A program made the translations under genes and the position numbers. From contig OZ361259.1 of the NCBI GenBank assembly GCA_977018835.1, forward strand, positions 4,464,001 to 4,528,000: 64,000 bases of DNA. Direction: 5' to 3'. Positions within the stretch are counted from its first letter, which is position 1. Each line of letters starts with the position of its first letter. The stretch comes from Minutocellus sp. GHC0000111. Taxonomy: Eukaryota. The notes beneath the pieces are model-generated. The model made no database searches and was not told where the DNA came from. It saw only the letters and a program-made list of their open reading frames with translations. This document shows positions 45,014-55,666 of the stretch, one piece after another.

Positions 45014-47317
45014 CGAAGTCCGTTTCGCGAGAAATCGAGCGCAGGGTCGGGACCAAAACAGCGACTTTTTGGGCCCGCAACCGCCTGAATCTTAGATCTA
45101 CCGGCATTGAATACATGTACAATGCAAAGTACATGTATTGCAGCAGCTAGTATCCAGATCTACAATCCAATCTAGTATTATTAAACACAATATAACTTAA
45201 AAGCACCGCAGGACTAATTATCCATGGTTGGATCAGCAGGAGGAGGAGCGATAATTTTCCCATCTATCCGAACCATGCCATTTTCAGTCGGCCTGAAATC
45301 CTTTCGCACCCCAACATGAATGCCTTCACCGTTTCCAAGAAAATCATTGTTGCCTTTCGCAACGATTACCTTCTTTGCAATTCTATGAGCCTGGATGTAT
45401 GCCGATGCGATCTTCCAGTTTTCCAGCCCCATCCAAACTTCCTCCGCTGCATCCCAAGTCTGATCCTCTGTCAAAACCTTCAGCCCCTCCCGATCGCGGC
45501 ACAACATTGTATGCTGCTTTGACATGCAAGGGAAAACAGACAGATCAAGAACATTCATATGGGGCATTTGCGGGGCCTGAGGTTCCCAACGCCATCCCTT
45601 GTCCCGACAGTATCCTTCCACATATTCCACAAATTCAGTCTCGGCATGGGGCCCAGCATTGTCGCCCTGGAAAATAGGGACATAGCCTTCAAACTTTCCT
45701 CCAGGTCCGACCAAAGCCTCAACATCCGGAAATATCTTGTTCTCAAACAAAGCTTTCAGTGGGAACTTGGGATTATCAAGGGTGCCATGGCTGCATCCAG
45801 TCACCGCGCAATCCACAAGGTATAGATCGTCTTTCTTCCGAACCACCGGGCCGCAATATTTGATTCTACCATCTGCCTGCCGCACCGCCTCCCTTACCAT
45901 CTGCCTCGCAATTTTATGCGCCTGAGCCCGAAAAAGTCCAAGCTTGAACGCAATGCCGCCATTCTCAATGCTGTCAATAAAAGCCAAGGCAGTGACAGCC
46001 ACCACCATGCACTTGTTGATGTGATTTCGGTGATATGCCGAGAAGGACCGAGGATCAATACCCAATTCTGCAACTTGCTTGGCATACGATCGAAGAACCA
46101 AGCCCCAAAACCACTTCTCATCGAACATAACAAGGAGAAACTTGCCACCGCCGAGCCCCCAATTGTTTCGGAATTTCCGCGCAAATGCCAAATGTTTCTC
46201 CATCTGATGTGTAGTAAGGAGAGGGATGATCCTTTCGGCATAGTACCGGAACCCTTCCCGCGACATTATCCACCGCCGTATTGCCGAGTAGGAACACCAA
46301 AAGTTGACATCCACCTCCAGCTCCCGCCAAGATTCCCGAGGATTTCGTATCAGAGCATCAACAATAACATCTCGAATGTATGGCTGCATAGCCAGATGAG
46401 ATCTCCTCTTCATCTCCCACATCGCCTTCTCAGATGCAGGTAGAGCACCATACGCCTTCATCCATCCCGAAAATCGTGCACCATGCTCTGCGCTGGACAG
46501 CACCGAATAGTCCACCTTTGCCTGCTCCCTGCACTTGGCAATTGCAAAGAGACATGGTGCAGTATACCGCCGGGTCGCCGTTGCAAGATCGTCGATGACA
46601 GAACGGAAGGCGGCCGAATCAGATGAATCATCGGCACTCGTTGGGAAGCAGTATACCGGTCCAAGTATGCCGATCGCGTCATCGAAATGCTCAGCTTCGA
46701 CTTCCGCCCGAGACACAAATGGATTGAACACATACTCACCGCTGTCTTGGCCATCATCATTGACCAGGAGAAAACTCTCAAGATTGACGGGCCCGAGGAT
46801 TTTGAGAAGCACATGCTCCTCAATGTCGTCAGTCGACTCGTCTGCCGGGCGATAAGGGCCGAGAACATGCCCCTCGACATGGATGATGTCGTGGCAATAA
46901 CTGAATCGGTGTACGACAAGGCCGCGGAGATGTTCCACTCCTCAGTTACCTTCATCTACAAGTTCAACGGCGTGAAGCGGGAGCTAAAGAAGCTCAAGCT
47001 CATCCCGGATTGGCTGTGGTGCGAGATCCGGGACGAATGCATCGTACTGCCGATCCGAGGCGAGTATCATGCCATCGTTCAAGATGAAGACGAGATGGAG
47101 GCCGAACCGTCGCGTCGCACGAACGCGTCCATTTGATTAGAGCCGCTGAAATCTAAAGTCTTATCCGAATTATTGTTTCACATGAAGATAAATCAAAATT
47201 AGAGTAAAAATAGCCATTTTCTTAAATATTTCAGCATGACTATTCTTCGAGGCGCTTTTCAATCCCCTCGAAAGCAGTCAAAAACCGGGCGCTCGATTTC
47301 TCGCGAATCTGACCTCG
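45014..47317 (-). mobile_element. Tc1/mariner-superfamily DNA transposon, 2304 bp
   Basis: 29-bp TIRs 45014-45042 / 47289-47317 (3 mismatches), TA target duplication at 45012-45013 and 47318-47319, internal transposase. Confidence 0.9.
45214..46938 (-). CDS. mariner-like DDD transposase (true start uncertain)
   Basis: FDEKWF, FQGDNAGPH, QAPQMPHMNVLDLSVF; 38 residues between the 2nd and 3rd Asp by my count; HMG-box-like segment upstream. Confidence 0.85.
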   Translation of the reverse strand: MEHLRGLVVHRFSYCHDIIHVEGHVLGPYRPADESTDDIEEHVLLKILGPVNLESFLLVNDDGQDSGEYVFNPFVSRAEVEAEHFDDAIGILGPVYCFPTSADDSSDSAAFRSVIDDLATATRRYTAPCLFAIAKCREQAKVDYSVLSSAEHGARFSGWMKAYGALPASEKAMWEMKRRSHLAMQPYIRDVIVDALIRNPRESWRELEVDVNFWCSYSAIRRWIMSREGFRYYAERIIPLLTTHQMEKHLAFARKFRNNWGLGGGKFLLVMFDEKWFWGLVLRSYAKQVAELGIDPRSFSAYHRNHINKCMVVAVTALAFIDSIENGGIAFKLGLFRAQAHKIARQMVREAVRQADGRIKYCGPVVRKKDDLYLVDCAVTGCSHGTLDNPKFPLKALFENKIFPDVEALVGPGGKFEGYVPIFQGDNAGPHAETEFVEYVEGYCRDKGWRWEPQAPQMPHMNVLDLSVFPCMSKQHTMLCRDREGLKVLTEDQTWDAAEEVWMGLENWKIASAYIQAHRIAKKVIVAKGNNDFLGNGEGIHVGVRKDFRPTENGMVRIDGKIIAPPPADPTMDN

Positions 47318-47404
47318 TAGACATTTCACTTATTTCCATCTCGCTAGATCAAGATTTTTGCTACTCACAACTTTTTGATATTCACGGTGCTAGCTACTAT
47401 ATTT

Positions 47405-48442
47405 TTAGAGGAACAACTGCTGGGACTCGTGGATGGGCTGCTGCGATTCATGGAACCATCCCGATGCGGCCCAGCGCTCTCGTGAGTTGGTGGCCATTAC
47501 TTCATGCGGGAGTGTTACACTGTCGAACAACACCAGGGTCCCTCCTGTCGGCGCTACATCCTTGACTGTCTCCCCAGGGTCAGCCTTGAAGTATGCGGTC
47601 ACAGCAGATTTGGGTTGCTCCAAATAGTGGAACCGCCTACCAAGATCATGATCCTGAATCAGCAAATTTTGTACAAAGAAATCGCTCGTCAAGAACAGAT
47701 ACGGGTCGGACTCGAATTCCTTGGTAAGATATATCCGCCGTTCACCGTCGTCGCTGTCAATGTACATGGCACACTTCCCGCTGATACCACCCCGTCGTCC
47801 ATCCAGGAACACAGGTCGCTCCTTTGGATCGCCCTTGGTCGGTGGCAACCACCCTATTTGCAGATCTCCCAGCGGAGCACCCACAGGCTTGCTGCTGCGG
47901 CTTATCCGTTCGTACGTTCGCAATTCTCCCCCATCTGCATCGGCATCCCAATCCTCCTCGTTAAGATATACCAGCCAACTGATCGATCGACGGGTCGGCT
48001 TGGACCAACCTGTTCGTCCTTTGAGTTCTTCGTGATGCTCATCGACGTGCCGTGCCAGATTGGCACCAGGTCCGAACCTTGTGAAGCTGATCTCATGGTT
48101 ATTGGGTCCATCCGGTGTGTCCAAACCTGGTCGATCCAAACCCTTGGCCAGCTCATATCGAAGCTGGGCGATAGTTGCCGTCAAATCACGTCGGGCGTCG
48201 GCATCTCCCAGTGTGTTGGAGACAAAGGGCCCGTCGCGCTTCTGGGAGGGGATGTACGCCGGTAGTACCGCCCGGTCCTTGCTGGCATCGAATGAAGCCT
48301 TGTCCTTGGCCCCGGCCTTTTGGCCGTAGCCAGCGAGGGCATCGACAATGAAGGCCTTGTCGTCATAGTACAAATTCCGTGCGTCGGACCGTAGACGAGA
48401 TAGCACCGAAGGAGAGAGGTAGTTGGGCAGTACGGCAATGCC
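47405..48442 (-). pseudogene. 2OG-Fe(II) oxygenase (prolyl-hydroxylase-like), apparently 5'-truncated
   Basis: RHVDEHHEE, RRSISWLVYLNEEDW..GGELR, GGTLVLFDSVTLPHEV..RWAASGWFH; upstream of GIAVLPNY the frame is simply antisense to the neighbouring deaminase. Confidence 0.7.
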
Positions 48443-49789
48443 GAGCCTTGTGTCATGTGCGCCGGTGCAATCTACTGGGCTGGTATCAGCAACGTGGTTT
48501 ATGGTTGCAGTGCCGATGCCTTGGAGAAGATCAGTGGCCCGGGTGGCTTTGATATTGACATTCGAAACCTTTACGCACAAGCCAAGGCGGGTTGTCGACA
48601 AATGTGTGTGCGTGGTCCCTGCCTTGAAGAGGAGGCACTTCAAGTTCATAGAGAGAGTGGGTGTTGGGCAAACAGTGAAGAGAAGGAAGAAAATGACACA
48701 AAAGACGATGGAGGAGAGGTATCGGAGGTTGCTTTGGATAGTGAAAAGAAGGAAGAAAATATCTCAAAAGACGATGAAGGAGAGGTATCAGAGGTTGCTT
48801 TGGAGCGATCACTCCTTGCTTCAGGAATTGGATCTGCTGCGGCCATAAAAGGAGCAACTGTACCAACTATTGACATGTCCCTCCCAGACGATATCGTGGC
48901 CGAGCAAATGTGGAAAGCTGCAAATGAAGTTGGATTCTTTACCGTCATCAACCATGGAATTTCCAAGGAATCGATTGATAATATCTTTGCCGCTTCCTTG
49001 GCCTTCTTCTCGCAATCCGTAAAAGAAAAGGAGACGCAATCGCCCTTCGATAGAGCTCTCAACAGTGGATATGAGTATTACAGCCAAGTGCGTCCATCTA
49101 CTGGAACGACCGACCAGAAGGAGTCCATTCAAATCACTGCCCGAGAAGGGTGCATGGGTGGTAGGTGGCCAAGCTTTCCCAATAGTTTCAAGTATGTCGC
49201 TTCGACCATGACAAAAGAAGCGCATGAATTGGCATGCCGAATAATGACACTACTCGAGCCCAAAGCTTGCGCCCATCTGAAGCCAGGCACGTTGGCAAAG
49301 GCCCACAACCTCTGGAGCAACGATGGTCAGTGTACGCTCCGGTTGATACACTATCCACCGATGCGTGCTGATGAGCTTGAAAAGCTGACTCGGCCTGGAA
49401 ACGTTCATTGGAGAGCAGGAGCTCATACCGACTGGGACTGCATCACGTTGCTTTTCCAGCGAGTTGGACAAGCTGGGCTGGAGTGCAGGGCCAATCCCAG
49501 AGCTGAGAGCGGTAATGGTACTGACAGTCAGTGGATTCCCGTTCCATCCGTAGAGGGAGGAATCGCAGTCAACATTGGCGATATGCTCTCGCGGTGGAGC
49601 GATGGAAAATTGTTCTCGAATTTGCACCGCGTGCGAATGCCCACCGTAGAGGAATGTGGTTCGTCGCGGTATTCTGTCGCCTTCTTTGCCCAAGCGGACA
49701 AATCACAAGTGATTACTAGTCAGGAAACCGAGCCAATCACCGCAGGAGACTACATCCTTTCTAGAATCAAATCCAATTACTCCTCGTAG
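48440..49789 (+). pseudogene. Nucleoside/nucleobase deaminase (C-terminal half) fused to an IPNS-family 2OG-Fe(II) dioxygenase, apparently 5'-truncated
   Basis: AEPCVMCAGAIYWAGISNVVYG (no upstream HAE); acidic 22-aa duplicated linker; VPTIDMS..GFFTVINHGI..GAHTDWDCITLLFQ..NIGDMLSRWS..HRV..RYSVAFF. Confidence 0.78.
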
Positions 49790-49877
49790 ATGGACGGAAA
49801 AGGATTAGATGTACAGCTGGAATCGATTTTGCATATTTTTTTGTTCAATGTCGCACTTATTTTCATAAACATCTTAT

Positions 49878-51554
49878 TTAGTTTGTGTTTACCATAACTT
49901 GCTGCGTTTCAGAGACACTCACGCCTCCTACCTTCCCCTTGGTAGCCAAATCGAGCAAGCGTTGGAGCTCCTCCTTGCTCGAAATCTTGCAAGAGTGTCC
50001 CTTTGTACATTGCCCGCGCAAATTATCACCAACAATGTCAACAAAATGATCCCTCACATACGTGTTGACCTCGGTGGCCATCGCCTCTGTCACAGCGAAG
50101 TAATGTCCAAGCACCTTCCACATGCTGGCTCGAATCTTGGGATCCTTGGCCCGTTCTTCCATGAGAATATGCGCCTGCGGCTTGTTGTTTTCCTGCGTGA
50201 CGACGCCCTTCATGCCGGCCGATGTTGGCGTACGTGATCGCAGGGCTCCCATCTTGGGATGTGTTACCATGCGTAGACAGGCCGTTCGATTGTAAAGGCC
50301 GCAATTTCCCGCATCAGAGTCGATTGATGGGCGAGACGAAGGATGATTTGCCACTCTGTAGTGTCTGTTGCCATTGCTACTGCTCCAAACTGTAGCATTG
50401 GGATGCCGTATCCGCTCCACAATGGATTGATGTGGGAACCGGGGTATATCGTCTTCGAGGACACCTACGCTTGATCCCACAGTGAGACCTGCTGTGACGC
50501 ACGCCCTAGGGCTTTTCCAGGGAATGAAGGTGCCATACATGGTGGCATTGGGGCTGGTTTCAGGATTCTCGTCGGGAGGAGTCGGGTCCCACGCAACGTG
50601 ATTGAGGGGACACCAATACAGCCATCTTGCCGTGCCAGGTGGGAGTTCAATCGCAGTAGAATCGCCGTTGCCATCGCCATGATTCTCTTCCTCTTCTTCG
50701 TATCCAGAAAACAAATCCTCCAAAGCATCCCTCTGCAAACTCTCCAAATACAGCATGTTGAGACCATCATCTGCATCCAATCTCGTCTCCAACAGCACTC
50801 GATCATTCCTAGCCGCATGGGCCCTTCTGACCAAATCAACATCGCCGCTATACAATCGTCCCTCTTGGGCAGCCAGCAGTATATCGTCTCCGGCCTGCCC
50901 ACCACGCCACCCGCCGCCCTTGATGCCAATGCCGTAGTTGGTATTGGAACCCACTAACATCACCTCCCGATGCTGTCGAACGAGGTCAACAAGTCGAGAC
51001 AGCATCGCCGTTCCTTCCAGAGCTGGATCGACCTTGATGATCCACAAAAATGGCGGATCGGCAAAGTTGCTGTCCTCTGTACTGGCAGCGTCCTCGCCAT
51101 TGTCTCTGGTCCGTCGTTGCGCTGCGGAGACCGTGGAGTTGTTCATCGTCATCATTGACGCTGACGCCGGATCAGGATCAAACGACGTGAAGGCATACAC
51201 CGACTGACGTAGAACGGTAGGCAAACAGAACTTCTCGAACAGCATCAAGCGGGCCTCGGCCAGATGAGTCAGATGGGCCTGCTCCTGCATGAAGCGGGTG
51301 TTGACGATGTGAATCAGAGGATGAGTCCATTCCTCCTCCTCGTCGTTGTTTTTGTGATTTAGATTGTTGGTGTCTGTGCCAATATCAGCAGCACCGATGA
51401 AACCTCGCAGACTCCCGCTCAGCGGTGCCATTTGCATCTGATGCGCGTCCAGGACCGATATCTGCCACACGCTGAGGGAGATGAAGAGGCCGACTGCGAC
51501 GAGTGCGGCTCCGGCAATTACCACGGTGGGAGCCGGTGCTCGCGGTCGACGCAT
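49878..51554 (-). CDS. Type II membrane putative glycosyltransferase (rhamnosyltransferase-like)
   Basis: TM anchor; NTRFMQ..RLMLFEKFCLPTV..Q..FLWII.VDP; ETRLDADDGL (DxD-like motif). Confidence 0.6.
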   Translation of the reverse strand: MRRPRAPAPTVVIAGAALVAVGLFISLSVWQISVLDAHQMQMAPLSGSLRGFIGAADIGTDTNNLNHKNNDEEEEWTHPLIHIVNTRFMQEQAHLTHLAEARLMLFEKFCLPTVLRQSVYAFTSFDPDPASASMMTMNNSTVSAAQRRTRDNGEDAASTEDSNFADPPFLWIIKVDPALEGTAMLSRLVDLVRQHREVMLVGSNTNYGIGIKGGGWRGGQAGDDILLAAQEGRLYSGDVDLVRRAHAARNDRVLLETRLDADDGLNMLYLESLQRDALEDLFSGYEEEEENHGDGNGDSTAIELPPGTARWLYWCPLNHVAWDPTPPDENPETSPNATMYGTFIPWKSPRACVTAGLTVGSSVGVLEDDIPRFPHQSIVERIRHPNATVWSSSNGNRHYRVANHPSSRPSIDSDAGNCGLYNRTACLRMVTHPKMGALRSRTPTSAGMKGVVTQENNKPQAHILMEERAKDPKIRASMWKVLGHYFAVTEAMATEVNTYVRDHFVDIVGDNLRGQCTKGHSCKISSKEELQRLLDLATKGKVGGVSVSETQQVMVNTN

Positions 51555-52047
51555 TGGCAGGATACGACAATATGTGCAGGGCGTATTATCTGTGGAAGGT
51601 GCCGAGCGAGGCCTCTTTCGAACCAGCGTGCGTGCAGGCGAAACCTTACCAGTATGAGCGGCATTGAGGGCGGAGGACCGACGCAAGCCATTGTTTGTGT
51701 TTGTACACATCGTATTGGTTGCTTGTCGTCCGTTACTTAGCTTGAGTGAAAATTATGGCGAGCACCGGCAATGACGGTTCACCCTCTCGTTCCACGATTT
51801 TTCAAACGATCATTCGAAAAATAAGCTTTCAGTTCAACTTCCAAACATTATTGATAGCGATAGTTGCCGCTGCCGCTGTTCATCGCATCGGAAGCACAGT
51901 ATCGACTGGCTGCTCCCTTTTCGTCTCGTTCCGATCACTTCGTGGTCGTTGCTCGTTGCTCTCCCTGTCGAAGAGGTCTCTCGAACACAAATCGGGGTTT
52001 TGTCTTTCTCCCAGAGGCAACAACAACAAGGGAGCACCAGGGCAACG

Positions 52048-52527
52048 ATGAACGGGGCCAATGTGAATCTAGATGACGGTGCTACGTTCGATGAGCTGAC
52101 GGCAGCCCTCAAGGAGACTCTGAATCGTAAAGGAGTCCTTCGGCAGATTCGATCATCCCTCAGAGCCGAGGCATTCATAGCTTTGCAGCAGGCCGGAGAG
52201 AGCAATGCTGCCGAAGATTTGGAAAGATCTGTCGGCTGCGAAGGAGGAGGGAAATTACTGCTCCGTCCCGAGAATGCTGTCATCAACGAGCTCATTCGAG
52301 AGTACTTAGAGTTCAATGGCTATAGTGGCACGGCTTCGGTGCTGGAGATCGAGGCTGGGGTCAGTACCATTAGTGGCGATGATCAGGAGAATGAGCTGTG
52401 CCGAGAGATGATGAAGATTGAGCTTGGAGTCAATGAGAATACAAATGAAAAGAGGGCGGAGAGGAGCAAGAGCGTTCCTCTTCTCTACGGCATTGTCGAG
52501 GCGTTGAAACGTCGGAAGAATGGGTAG
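52048..52527 (+). CDS. FOPNL: LisH-domain centriolar protein FOPNL/FOR20
   Basis: ELTAALKETLNRKGVLRQIRSSLRAE..NAVINELIREYLEFNGYSGTASVL..E.G..VPLLYGIV. Confidence 0.82.
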   Translation: MNGANVNLDDGATFDELTAALKETLNRKGVLRQIRSSLRAEAFIALQQAGESNAAEDLERSVGCEGGGKLLLRPENAVINELIREYLEFNGYSGTASVLEIEAGVSTISGDDQENELCREMMKIELGVNENTNEKRAERSKSVPLLYGIVEALKRRKNG

Positions 52528-52941
52528 AAGATTTGATTTGATTTATCAATACAAATCTATCTAGCTCGTAGCTCTACCCGGCACGTGTATGTTTCTCCGT
52601 TTTTCCTCCAAACCTACGTAGCTAACAATCAAAACTAGCCAATTGTTATTCGCACTGGTGATTTACTATTGAGACAGGGAGAGTTGTCCGTTGCCTACTC
52701 CAATGCTTCCTGTAGTAACGTTTTGTCGTCATTGCACTCGGTAGAACAAATGCCGCCGCCTTTACCGTATACCACGCAGGGACATTCCTCTTCCACAGCC
52801 AACGGGAGATTCTTGCATGTAAGAAAGGTATCGGCATGTAGATTGGCACGTTTAGATTACCAATTGGGTTTTGGATTTCTAAATTTTATTCATTTATACA
52901 TGTGATGTATTAAATTTATACAAGGTGTCGATCTGCTAGTT

Positions 52942-54620
52942 CTATTCAGAAACAATGGGGGCAGTAGCTGTTGTGGATGTGGATGTGGTCGTCTGAACAA
53001 CAGAATTGTCTGCATCATTATTGTTACTCCACATATCCTCAAGAGCAAGGTCCAAGGCGGTCAGATCAATATATGTTGTGGCCTCGGTGGAATTTCCCGC
53101 ATACAGCAAGTGGTTATATTCAACCCAAGGAATTGTAGAGAAGAGATGATAATACGTCCTTGAAAATGGAATTCCTTCGCATTCCTCACATGGAGGGTGC
53201 ACTTGAGCAGAATCCGGCCCCAAGAGGAACTCGAGAATCCGTGGACGCTTGGCGCACGTTGTAGATGGTATACGATCGGCTGATTCCTTGGTAGTGGGAG
53301 TTGATGATGCGTCCATCCACACTACGTTGGCTAGTCCAGATCCATGGGGACCAATAACAGTGGATGCCGACCGAAACAGCTCGAATTGACGCTCGATGGC
53401 CATGGTAGCTCCATTCTCCTGTCCGTTGAAAATGACGAGCTCTTCGGGACGGTTGTACTTCGCCATCTTGGCGCGAATTGCGGCAATGATGTCGGCTTCG
53501 TGGTTTGGTTCAACGACTCGGCCGTGTTGAGTGTCGGACGAGCCACCGCGGGTATAATAAATGATGGTACCCTTGCTGGTGTCGTGAGTGGCGGGGCGGG
53601 CGTCATTGAGCCACCGCCCAAGAGATTCAATCGGGCGAATGTTGCGGTAGGGTGTTGCAGCCGCCATGACTGTGAGTGTACCGTCATTAATCTGCAGAAG
53701 TTTGTGCCGTTGGAACCATTCAACGCGTTCTCTGACAAAGGTGGGGTCTACTGTGTTGAGAATCTCTTCGTGGCGGGGATGGTACAAAAGAAGGAACTTG
53801 ACATCGGGATCTAGATACTCACGAAGCCAGGCAATAACGGGTAGATGATCATGAAGGAAGTGCCCATAATTGCCTGTGAACCATGAGATGAAGGTGACGT
53901 AGTTTCCATGTAGAAAGCGGTCAGCGGGGCGGTCCTTGTCGGCAGCGTCCGGCTCGATCCAAATAGTCTGGGCGGATATATTGGGAACGACAAACTTTTC
54001 ATTCCATGCTGATGCCTGTGGAAACGGCCCCTCGTCGTCATCAAATGGGAATAACAGCTTGGCACCTTCTGAAAGCACAGCGAAGCGAGGATCATTCTTT
54101 GGATCTTCCTGCCTGGACATCCAAACGTCATGCCCATCGAATTTCCTTGGTAGAGAATTGAAGTTATCTGTTTTAAGAATGAGAAAATACAACGTACATG
54201 TAGCAGAAAAGTGAAGAGAATTTCGGTGTGAGCTTCCGCCATACAAATTATATTTGATGTCATTGATACAGGCTAAAAAGACTTGTGTGCTCACTCACCG
54301 GGAGTGTCGTACAGACGTGCCACTGCTTCGATGAAACCCGTGAAGGACTTCTCGTACCCTTCGTTGTTTGAAACAACATTATCATACAACTTGGGTATAG
54401 CCGGCCATGGACAGCGGGCTTCTTGACCGGTGATGAGCGCACGTAGAATGCGTCCTCTGACGCCAGTAGTAGGATCAGGCCCACCATGATCCTTCAAAGA
54501 TGCAAGCATGGCCATGCCTGACACAGCCATGAGAAGAATGACTGGTCGAGCAGCAACGCACGCACGACGATCAATGAGATGTAGAGCAAAATGGAAAGAT
54601 GATGATTCAGATTGTGGCAT
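52942..54620 (-). CDS. Glycosyltransferase family 61 (DUF563), one intron (~54150-54298)
   Basis: GNYGHFLHDHLP, QFELFRSASTVIGPHGSGLANVVWM, ILEF; exon 1 carries the TM anchor and ends at a GTGAGT donor. Confidence 0.82.
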
Positions 54621-55113
54621 CTATTGTGCTTGTCTAGGATGGTTGAGATGTAATGTAGTAGACGATGGAAGTCGGTGGCATCCGAAATGGACCTTGCCGG
54701 AAATTTCGAGGGCGTTGTATGGCGAAGGTCCCAAGCGCCGGCAGATGCTGGGATATCCCTACTGGAACCGATCCAAGGATGAGCTCCAGGAGCTCTGCAA
54801 TCTGAAAGAATTAGGCCAGGTAGATTGGAAAGATGAAGCCAAGTGGATATTGTATGGCAACGATTCCGACTATGAGGAGGATCAGCGCAAGAAGGGGGGA
54901 CAGATCCAGAATTGTTTCAGCAAGGGGTATCTCGGAGCTTTGGCCGCTGCTGGTCTTGCCGCATGCTGTTGTGGTGGCATGGCCAAAGTCCTGTTTAGAG
55001 ATTAGATATATTAACTACATGAAGACAGATGTTCTCCGAACGAGCTATACGGATTAACATAGCTTTTAGCAATCAAAACTAGCCACGTTCCTCGAAGGGC
55101 GACTGCTCGGACG

Positions 55114-55527
55114 GGGTACCCTCCGTCAGATTCGATCGTCTCTCAGAACCGAGGCATTCATAGCTTTGCAGCAGGCCGGAGAGAGCAATGCTGCCGAAGA
55201 TTTGGAACAATCAAGCGACCCTGATAAAGGAGAAGGGAAATTACCACTCCGCCCAGAGAACGCTGTCATCAACGAGCTCATTCGAGAATATCTGGAATTC
55301 AATGGCTATCGTGGTACGGCTTCGGTGCTGGAGATCGAGGCTGGAATCAGTAGTACATGTAGTGTTAATGGCGATGATCAGGAGCGGAGAGTGAGCTTTG
55401 CCGAGAGATAATGAAGATTGAGCTTGGAGTCAACGAGAATACAAATGAAAAAAGGGTGGGAAGGAGCAAGAGTATTCCTCTTCTCTACGGCATTGTTGAT
55501 GCATTAAAACGTCGGAAGAATGGGTAG
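55114..55527 (+). pseudogene. 5'-truncated, frameshifted duplicate of FOPNL
   Basis: High nucleotide similarity to 52132-52527; lacks the start; frameshift near 55385. Confidence 0.85.
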
Positions 55528-55666
55528 AAGATTTGGTTTGGTTTGATTTGATTTGATTTACTAGTATCAATACAAATCTATCTAGCTCATAAATATAGCT
55601 CTACCCGAGACATGTATATGTTTCTCCTCCAAAGCTACGTAGCTAACAAGCAAACCTAGCCAATTG

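Noticed and set aside
54660..55005. Protein-like plus-strand fragment (WHPKWTLPEISRALYGEG...)
   Set aside because: May be an orphan 3' gene fragment from the local rearrangements, but it has no clear start or recognisable family.
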